NCBI GenBank assembly: GCA_031409275.1
Contig: JANNXA010000051.1
Location: 356,809 to 420,808, forward strand
Origin: Planctomycetota bacterium
Lineage (GTDB): Bacteria > Planctomycetota > B15-G4 > SIAN01
Direction: 5' to 3'
Length of the DNA stretch: 64,000 nucleotides
Position numbers and translations under genes: made by a program
Part shown: positions 57,027 to 64,000 of the stretch, in pieces
Layout of the letters: each line of letters begins with the position of its first letter
Position numbering within the stretch: the stretch's first letter is position 1
The notes under the pieces: generated by a model
What the model saw: only the letters and a program-made list of their open reading frames with translations
The model's database searches: none
Told to the model about the DNA's origin: nothing

Positions 57027-59294
57027 TTACGGCGACTTTCCGTCGGGCGCGGCCGGCGGGCAGCAATCCGGCGCTTCGCCGAAGCGGAACGGGCGCAGCG
57101 CCACCGGCTGCAGCGTCGCCTCCCCTTCGATCGCAAGCCAGGCGCGCTCCATCGGCACGTCCGTGAAACGGGAGAGCGTGCCGGAGCCCGGCCAGCGCAC
57201 GTCGATCGAGCGGATCGCGGTCGCGTCGCCGAGTCCAAGTTCCATCCGCAGCGAGCTCGAACCGAAGCTGCCACCGGTGCTCACCACCTGATGCAGGGTG
57301 CGTGGACCACCTGGCGTGTCGAGCACGACGGTCACGCGCGCGCCGATGGCGCTGCGATTCGCCTTCACCCCGCGCAGGTGGAGCGCGACCCAACGGTGGG
57401 CATGGCCGGGATTCTCGTAGAGGACGTTGGGGTAGACGTCGCCGTCGAAGAAACCGCCGACCTCGAGGAAAAGGTCGACGTCGCCATCGTCGTCGACGTC
57501 GCCCATCGCGACCGCGTGCCCCTTCTGCAGATGGCCGGTGCCGGAGGCGAAGGTGACATCGACGAAGCGCTTGCCGCCGTCGTTCTTGTAGAGGCGATTG
57601 GGCAGGAGCGCGTCGAGCGGCGGCGAGCCGTTGCCGAGGTAGATCTCATCGAACCCGTCACCATCGAGGTCCGCGAAGTTGGAGCCCATCGACAGGATCG
57701 CGCGGTCGAGGCCAGCCGCGGCGCCGAGCTCGACGAAGCGGCCGCCGTCGTTGTGGAAGAGTCGGGTCGGCGCGAGCGGCATCAGGCCACTCATGACCTT
57801 TCCGATGTCGAACGCGTGCTCGTTGGCCAGCGGCGCATTGGTCGAGACGAAGAGGTCGTCGCGCCCATCCTGGTCGTAGTCGAAGAACCAGCTCGGGAAG
57901 CTCATCTTCGTGCCTTCGTCGATCCCCGCAATCGCCGTCACATCCTCGAAGCGGAAGCCGGGCGCGTGGTCGGAGGCGACGTTGCGAAGCAGTTGGTTCC
58001 GGCCGTTGCGCTTCGAGACGTACAGGTCGACGCGATCGTCACCATCGAAGTCGCCGACGGCCAGCGACTTGTTCCAGCCGATCGAGGTGGCGCCGACCTG
58101 TTCGGCCACCTCCTCGAACGTGCCGTCACGGCGGTTCCAGTAGAGCTCGCAAGGATGCGGATGTTGGGGATCCTGCGTCTCGTTGCCGATCGCGAGGTCG
58201 AGCCAGCCGTCGCCGTCGAAGTCGCGCCACTGTCCCGTCTGCGTCGGATGGAACGAGAGCAGTCCCGCCGCCTCGGTCACGTCCTCGAAGTGGCCTTCTC
58301 CCGTGTTGCGGAGCAGCGAGTTGGGCAGGCGCCCTTGCTCGCCCCACCACGCGCCGCGCAGGACCAGCACGTCGGCGTCGCCATCGTTGTCGTAGTCGGC
58401 GTGCACGAGGTTGAGCCCGCCCATCAGCCCGGCAAGCCCCGCCTCCTTCGCGCGATCGACGAAGGTGCCATCGCCCTGGTTCACGTAGAAGTGGAGCGGC
58501 TCGTGCAGGCCGATCGAGCTGGTGAACAGGTCGAGACGTCCATCGCCATCGAAATCCTCCATGCAGGCGCCGCCCGACAAGGATGAGTCGGCGATGCCGG
58601 CCTGCGGCGCGACGTTGCGCATCCGCGGGAAGGGGACTTCCGACTCGAAGGTCGAAGGCGGCAGCCGGAAGCGCTCCGGCACCGCGTCGGGCCAGTGACC
58701 GAGCGTCATCGCCGCGAGGTTCAGCAGCCAGCGCGCATCGAGGTCGTCGGGACGCCGCTCGAGGAGTTGCCCGTACAGCACGAGCGCCTGCTCGGAGCCA
58801 CGTCGCTCGACATGCTGAGCCGCCGCGGCGATCGGCAAGACGCACGACTGGCAGCCGTGGTGCTCGAGGCAGTTCTCGATCTCGCCGAGGCGCAGCCACG
58901 AGATCGCCTTCCAGCGCAGGAAATCGACGGCGACCGCCTCCGCGTCCGCCGCGTTCGCGCCGAAGTCACGCGCGTAGGCGCGCTCGGAGGCCTCGAACTC
59001 GGGCAGCGCCTCGAGCGGCGAGCCGCGGTGAAGCAGTTCCTTCGCCAGCTGGAGCCGCTGCTTCCACTCGTTGCTCTTGCCCTCGGCGGCTTCCACCTGC
59101 TTGCGCCGCCATGGGACCCGCAGCTCATTCCAGCAGTAGGCGTCCTTCCCCTTCAGATCTCGATCCTCGGCCCAATCGGCGAGGCGCTCGATCATCACGA
59201 GCGTGCTCAAGCTGCGCGGATCGCCCGGCTCGCGGACGGGGCCGCGCGGCCACGCGATCCAAGCGGCGAGCGCCGCGAGCGCCGCCGCGGCCAT
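57027..59294 (-). CDS. CRTAC1 / ASPIC-UnbV family protein, tandem paralog
   Basis: Same architecture as 54672-56975. Start uncertain (ATG 59294 or TTG 59387). Confidence 0.88.
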   Translation of the reverse strand: MAAAALAALAAWIAWPRGPVREPGDPRSLSTLVMIERLADWAEDRDLKGKDAYCWNELRVPWRRKQVEAAEGKSNEWKQRLQLAKELLHRGSPLEALPEFEASERAYARDFGANAADAEAVAVDFLRWKAISWLRLGEIENCLEHHGCQSCVLPIAAAAQHVERRGSEQALVLYGQLLERRPDDLDARWLLNLAAMTLGHWPDAVPERFRLPPSTFESEVPFPRMRNVAPQAGIADSSLSGGACMEDFDGDGRLDLFTSSIGLHEPLHFYVNQGDGTFVDRAKEAGLAGLMGGLNLVHADYDNDGDADVLVLRGAWWGEQGRLPNSLLRNTGEGHFEDVTEAAGLLSFHPTQTGQWRDFDGDGWLDLAIGNETQDPQHPHPCELYWNRRDGTFEEVAEQVGATSIGWNKSLAVGDFDGDDRVDLYVSKRNGRNQLLRNVASDHAPGFRFEDVTAIAGIDEGTKMSFPSWFFDYDQDGRDDLFVSTNAPLANEHAFDIGKVMSGLMPLAPTRLFHNDGGRFVELGAAAGLDRAILSMGSNFADLDGDGFDEIYLGNGSPPLDALLPNRLYKNDGGKRFVDVTFASGTGHLQKGHAVAMGDVDDDGDVDLFLEVGGFFDGDVYPNVLYENPGHAHRWVALHLRGVKANRSAIGARVTVVLDTPGGPRTLHQVVSTGGSFGSSSLRMELGLGDATAIRSIDVRWPGSGTLSRFTDVPMERAWLAIEGEATLQPVALRPFRFGEAPDCCPPAAPDGKSP

Positions 59295-59635
59295 CAAGAG
59301 CGGAGCGCGAGCGACTCGACCGCGATCACGAGCGCCAATCGGCGCGACGCGCGAGGTGCTGGCGTTGGAGGTCGGAAGGGAAGTCAAAGTTGCCTTGTCG
59401 CCGAGCGTGGCGCCCGGCCGAGAATCCGAAAGCGCCCGGCTGTACGCGTTCCGTTGGGACCTCTTACCTCTTCGAAGCAAAGCGACCGGACGATGAGTCC
59501 GATTTTTCGGCAGCCTCCGGGCGGCCGCGTCGACTCGACTTCCCTCTGGCAAGCCGCGCGCCGCGGCGCTTCAATGGCGGCCGCTTTGCCGGCCCCGGAC
59601 GCTCGCGCCCGAGGCCCTCACGACGCACTCGATGC

Positions 59636-59711
59636 AGGGGTGTAGCTCAATTGGCAGAGCGGATGATTCCAAATCATCAGGTTGCGGGTTCGATTCCTGC
59701 CGCCCCTGCCA
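59636..59711 (+). tRNA. tRNA-Trp (CCA)
   Basis: AGGGGTG/CGCCCCT acceptor stem, GCTC/GAGC D-stem, GATGA-TTCCAAA-TCATC anticodon arm, GGTTCGATTCC T-arm and encoded CCA; 76 nt. Confidence 0.96.
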
Positions 59712-59920
59712 TTTGTAAACCACGCTGAACGCTGCACTTGCGGCGTACCCGACCGGCCAGGTCGGTGCGGCGAGCTGAACATCGGTCGGAAGAACGTTCC
59801 CGCCGACCGCCTGCAGCGCTCCTCACCGCGACATCGAGTTCCGCGGCGGGCGCGTGGTATTCCGCCGCGAGATGCGCGGGTGAGCGCGGCTGCCGCGACC
59901 GAATCGCGAGAGGGGCGTGG

Positions 59921-61771
59921 CTACCGCAGCCCGGTCCCGTTGCACCAATGGCAGGTCTCGATGGTGCCCGAGCGATGGACGGTGCCCATGACCCAACCAC
60001 CGCGGCTGTCGCTGCCGCCGGTCGCGCTCCAGATCATCTCCTGCGACGCGCTGCCCGCGACGTAGAGCGAGCCGGTGCCGTCGCAGCGAAGACACCAGCC
60101 GTCGAACGCCGGGTAGTCGTCCGATGACTCGACTTCGACGGGCTCCGCGTCTGCCTCTCGCTGCCGCGCCTCGCTCGCGAGACGCTCTTCCTGGAACCGC
60201 CGCGCCGCCTCGGCGCGTTCGCTGTTCTGCGCGAGTCGCTCCAAGTCGGTCTTCGTCTTCAAGAGGCTCACGCGGTCGTACTCGACGGTGACGCCATTGC
60301 GACGGTCGAAGTACTCGATGCAATCGCCGGCTTCGCAACGGACCTCGCTGCGCTCGTTCGCGAAGGAACCGGTCGCGTCGAACGTCTCGACCCGCTCGCC
60401 CGCGGAGTAGACCTCGGTGTGGCCGTCGCTCGTCAGGTAGGCGCCCTCTTCGGGTCGGCCGCCAAGAAACTGCCCGACGAAGTAGCCGCGTTCGGGTCGG
60501 AACAGCAGTCCGTAGCCATGCGGGAGCAGGCGTTCACCATCGCGCACCGCGGTCCCGATGTAGGCGGAGCCGTCGACGTACTTCGCCGCCACCCGGACCT
60601 CGCCGTCGTCGAGTTGCGCGTGCACCGTCTCCTGAATGGTGACGGTCGCCCGCTCGAGCGGGATGCCGAAACGACAGGGGCCAACGGTCGCCGGGCGCTC
60701 CGCTGACAAGTAGAGCCCGCGGCCGACCAGCGAGTCGGCGCCGATGAAGAGATCGCCATTGGCGAAGAGCAGCGCGACGTCCGGCGCGATGGCGACGTCG
60801 TGCAGCACCATGCAGCGCCGCCACGGGTCGAACGTGGGTTCAGGGCGAGTCCCATCGACGCGAACGGTGACGGCAGCGCCGTCGGCGCAGCGAATCGTCG
60901 CCATGGCGCCGTCGCGCTCGATCGTCACGCCTTTCGCGCTCGCCAGGACGCCAGGGAATACGACGTCGGCCGGGAAGGTGAAGTCGCCGAGTTCCTTCGC
61001 CACGCGCGCGGCCCGATCGGCCGCGACCGCTTCCTTCGCGGCGGCGAGCTGCGCCTCGAATTCGAGCGCCAGCGGGACCGCGCGTCCCTCGATCTGCTGC
61101 AGCTTTCGCGCCACCACCTCGAAGTGTCCCGCCGCCAACAGCGCTCGTGCCTGGCGCAGCAGCCCGGAAGTCGCAACGGCGGGACGATCCCCGAGGAGCG
61201 CCTTCTCCGTCCCGAAGCGGTAGCACAACGCCGCCTGTTGGTGGCCTCCCTCCTCATTCCAGCGGTCGCCGAGGACGAGCCACGCTGACGCAAGAGCCGC
61301 CTCATTTCCGCTGTCCCCGAGCGCTAACACCTTTGCTTCGAGATCGGCCTTCGTCGGCGCTCCGTTCGTGAACCGGCCGTGCTCCGCCATCAGTCGCGTC
61401 CACGCCTGCTTCGCGTCGGGGTCGCTCGACTCGAACGACGCGTCGTTCCAGTAGTCGATCGCGCGATCGATCTTGCCGATCCGCTCGCAGGCGGTCGCAG
61501 CACGAACGTGAAACCATGCCCGCTCGGCATCGGTGCTGAAGGCGCAGTCGACCTGGTCCGCGAGGTCAGCGACTCTGGCGAAGTTCTGCTCACTCCAGGC
61601 GAGCCTGAAATCAGGAAGCAGCTTCGAGGCCGCGTCACGCCTGGCCGCCTTCCCGGCCTCGTACTCGGCCATCTCAGCGTCGCGGGCGAACGCCCCGAAG
61701 ATCTCACCGGTTCCGCTGCAGCAGCCGCAGCCAGCAAGGAACAGCGACGCGAGCAAGCTCAGGAAGCGCAT
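59921..61771 (-). CDS. Hypothetical lipoprotein: TPR-like + MORN-like + coiled coil + DnaJ-type Zn finger
   Basis: FLAGC lipobox, helical repeats, YIG...PHGYG...YFVGQF, and CLRCDGTG plus CHWCNGTG. Confidence 0.7.
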   Translation of the reverse strand: MRFLSLLASLFLAGCGCCSGTGEIFGAFARDAEMAEYEAGKAARRDAASKLLPDFRLAWSEQNFARVADLADQVDCAFSTDAERAWFHVRAATACERIGKIDRAIDYWNDASFESSDPDAKQAWTRLMAEHGRFTNGAPTKADLEAKVLALGDSGNEAALASAWLVLGDRWNEEGGHQQAALCYRFGTEKALLGDRPAVATSGLLRQARALLAAGHFEVVARKLQQIEGRAVPLALEFEAQLAAAKEAVAADRAARVAKELGDFTFPADVVFPGVLASAKGVTIERDGAMATIRCADGAAVTVRVDGTRPEPTFDPWRRCMVLHDVAIAPDVALLFANGDLFIGADSLVGRGLYLSAERPATVGPCRFGIPLERATVTIQETVHAQLDDGEVRVAAKYVDGSAYIGTAVRDGERLLPHGYGLLFRPERGYFVGQFLGGRPEEGAYLTSDGHTEVYSAGERVETFDATGSFANERSEVRCEAGDCIEYFDRRNGVTVEYDRVSLLKTKTDLERLAQNSERAEAARRFQEERLASEARQREADAEPVEVESSDDYPAFDGWCLRCDGTGSLYVAGSASQEMIWSATGGSDSRGGWVMGTVHRSGTIETCHWCNGTGLR

Positions 61772-62265
61772 CGGCGGGATCCTCGCCATGGGAGTGACCA
61801 GACCCGCGCGCGCTGCGCGATCGGACGCATCATCGGCGCATCCGGCAGGAAGCGGCAAGCCCGCTCCGCACCGCGCCGTTCGGGACTTTCGGTTCGACCG
61901 CTCGGCACGGCGACGGCACCCGCGCCGGCACGCCGCGTCTCCCCCGAGCCCTTACCGCAGCGGAATCTGGAGGGACGGAGCCCATGCGCCGCCTCCGGAT
62001 CGATGACCATCGCTTGGACCCACTGGTCCAGAAGACTGTCAACCCGACCAACTCGCCGAAGCCAGGCGGGCCGAGAGCGCACCGCCGTCCGGAGCCCCAG
62101 CAGCGATCGATCGGGCGCTCGGGTCGCTTGCGCCGATCCTTCCCGGGCCCGCGCAACGTCGGCACCGCAATGTTGTTGATCTTCGTGTCCGGCCCATCGC
62201 GCCCCGCCTCGACGAACGTCGACGGGATCCGACTGCGCACCGCGCCGGACCAACGGAGGAACGCC

Positions 62266-63870
62266 ATGGAGTCTTCGAGGAAGCTGCTCGCCCGGATCAA
62301 GGCGAGGTTGGTGCGACGCTTTTGCACGATCGCTCCCCTGCCGCTCGGGCTCGTGCTGGTCGCCATCACCGCGCCCGGCGCGCTCGCCACCGATCGCTGG
62401 GTCCCCACGAAATACACGTCAATTCAGGCGGCGATCAACGCCAGCGTCGATGGTGACAACGTCTGGGTGAGGCCGGGCACGTATCACGAGAACATCAACC
62501 TGCTCGGCAAGAGCATCACCGTCCAGTCCGAGTACTCCCAGCGCGCCACCATCGATGGCGACCAGCGCGGCGCGTGTGTCACGCTCGACAGCGGCAAGGC
62601 GTCGGCGAGCCTGTATGGGTTCCGGTTGGTCGATGGTTCGGGGCAATACGACAAGAAAACCGGGCAGACGTTCGGCGGCGGGATCTGCCAGACGGCGGGC
62701 TATCTCATGATCGCCGACTGCGTCGTCACGGGATGCCAGGCGACCTGGGGCGGTGCGCTCTTCGCGGGGAGCGGAGCGATCGCCGAAGTGGACAACTGTC
62801 TGCTCGAACGCTGCAACACGAAGACCGCCTACAACTTCGGCGGCGCCATCGCGGTCACCGACTCGACCCTGAATTTCGACGGCTCCACGATCCAGGACTG
62901 CGGGACGACCAGCTACACCTCCGGCGGCGGCGGAATCTATGCCGCTCGCAGCGGTGTCTACTGTTTCGACGCTCTCATCACTCGTAACAAGGCCAGCTCG
63001 GGCGGCGGCCTGTGGCTCCAAGACAGCGATTTCAACGTGGCCGCGGAGATCAGCGGCAACATCGCGAAGGGATCGGGCGGAGGTGCCGCGGTCTACCAGT
63101 GCCACAAGCAATCGCGGTTCGAGCTCTGCCAGTTCACCTACAACGCCGCCGACCGCACCAGCGCCAGCGAGGGTGGCGGCCTCTGGCTCGTCGACTCCGT
63201 GGTCGATCTGCACAATTGCGACTTCCTCTACAACCGCAGCAAGGCGGGGGGCGCTCTCGCGACTGTGCTCGGGAGCGTCTCGACGATCGACTATTGCAGC
63301 TTCCGCGGAAACTCGGCTCGCGCCGGCGGCGGGATCTACGTGAACGAGGCCGACTTCACCGCCTCCAACTCGATCATCGCCGGGAACAACGCCCTCTTCT
63401 CGCCAGCGATGACCTACGACGGTGGTGGCGGGATCTTCAGCTTCAACGGTGCCTTCAACCTCCACCTCTGCACGGTCACCGAAAACCGGGCGCTCGTCAA
63501 TGCCAGTGGCATCTTCCACAGTGGTACACGCGGGACGTTTCCGGTGTTGATGGGCACCATCGTCTGGGGCAACGGCGGTCCCGGCCTCGCACGCAACATC
63601 GACGACCGCAGCGCCTCCCAGCCCATGTTCCTGCAGGAGTGCGACTACGAGGTCGGTGACGACCCCCATCCGAACCTCAACTTCCAGGTCGACCCGCGTT
63701 TCGACCCCGCCTCGTTCGTCTACGACCTGCTGCCGAGTTCGCCACTGATCGACGTCGTCCAGTCGGGAAGCCTCAGCACCAGCGCCTACGACTTCGACGG
63801 CGACCCGCGACGGCGCGACGGCAATGGCGACGGTGTGACGTGGTACGACTGCGGGACGCAGGAGTATTGA
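62266..63870 (+). CDS. Secreted right-handed beta-helix (pectin lyase-like, Pmp-like GGA(I/L)/FxxN repeats) protein
   Basis: VPTKYTSIQAAIN..GDNVWVRPGTYHENIN, GGG(I/L) repeats and C-terminal LLPSSPLID...DFDGDPR...DCGTQEY. ATG 62266 with GGAGG SD. Confidence 0.85.
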   Translation: MESSRKLLARIKARLVRRFCTIAPLPLGLVLVAITAPGALATDRWVPTKYTSIQAAINASVDGDNVWVRPGTYHENINLLGKSITVQSEYSQRATIDGDQRGACVTLDSGKASASLYGFRLVDGSGQYDKKTGQTFGGGICQTAGYLMIADCVVTGCQATWGGALFAGSGAIAEVDNCLLERCNTKTAYNFGGAIAVTDSTLNFDGSTIQDCGTTSYTSGGGGIYAARSGVYCFDALITRNKASSGGGLWLQDSDFNVAAEISGNIAKGSGGGAAVYQCHKQSRFELCQFTYNAADRTSASEGGGLWLVDSVVDLHNCDFLYNRSKAGGALATVLGSVSTIDYCSFRGNSARAGGGIYVNEADFTASNSIIAGNNALFSPAMTYDGGGGIFSFNGAFNLHLCTVTENRALVNASGIFHSGTRGTFPVLMGTIVWGNGGPGLARNIDDRSASQPMFLQECDYEVGDDPHPNLNFQVDPRFDPASFVYDLLPSSPLIDVVQSGSLSTSAYDFDGDPRRRDGNGDGVTWYDCGTQEY

Positions 63871-64000
63871 GAGGCTGAGATGAATCCGGAAAGCGGGGAG
63901 CAGATCCCTCGCGCTGCCAGGGCCTAACACTTCGTTCGCCGCCCTGGCAGCGCCACTCCCCGGCCCATCAACGGCGCGGCTCGGGGAGGTGGTGCTAGCG

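Noticed and set aside
59636..59711. tRNA as a UGA suppressor or tRNA-Sec explaining the in-frame TGA
   Set aside because: The anticodon is CCA, length is 76 nt with a short variable loop, and G24 is present. It is an ordinary tRNA-Trp, and TGA is used as a normal stop throughout the window.
59712..64000. Prophage or integrative element at tRNA-Trp
   Set aside because: No integrase, phage genes or att repeat is visible within the window.

Overview
High-GC (roughly 70% by eye) bacterial chromosomal segment. It is probably from a Planctomycetota-like organism; this is an inference from the many secreted FG-GAP/CRTAC1, sulfatase-like, carboxypeptidase-regulatory-like and beta-helix proteins. Housekeeping genes are mutS (5'-truncated by the window edge), a UbiD-family decarboxylase, citrate synthase, ribBA, rpiA, gyrA, arginase, xseAB and tRNA-Trp. 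Envelope and secreted functions include a LolC/E-like permease, a PilM/GspL-like pair, an ECF sigma/anti-sigma cassette, an LpoB-YcfL lipoprotein operon, a candidate S-layer/cell-wall protein, and three paralog pairs (sulfatase-like, PQQ sugar dehydrogenase, CRTAC1). No integrase, transposase or CRISPR array was seen. The most notable hidden signal is an AhpD/CMD-family selenoprotein gene (49147-49755, minus) that the ORF track splits in two. It has an in-frame TGA in a CxxU motif followed by a SECIS-like hairpin. It overlaps, and is probably translationally coupled to, an xseA with an extra N-terminal HARP-like domain, and it is divergent from a SAMHD1-like HD dNTPase. Other observations are a tandem pair of structured palindromic repeats, a 13-bp tandem array, several apparently leaderless genes and a small Zn-ribbon gene. 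All family assignments come from motif recognition only; no database searches were run.
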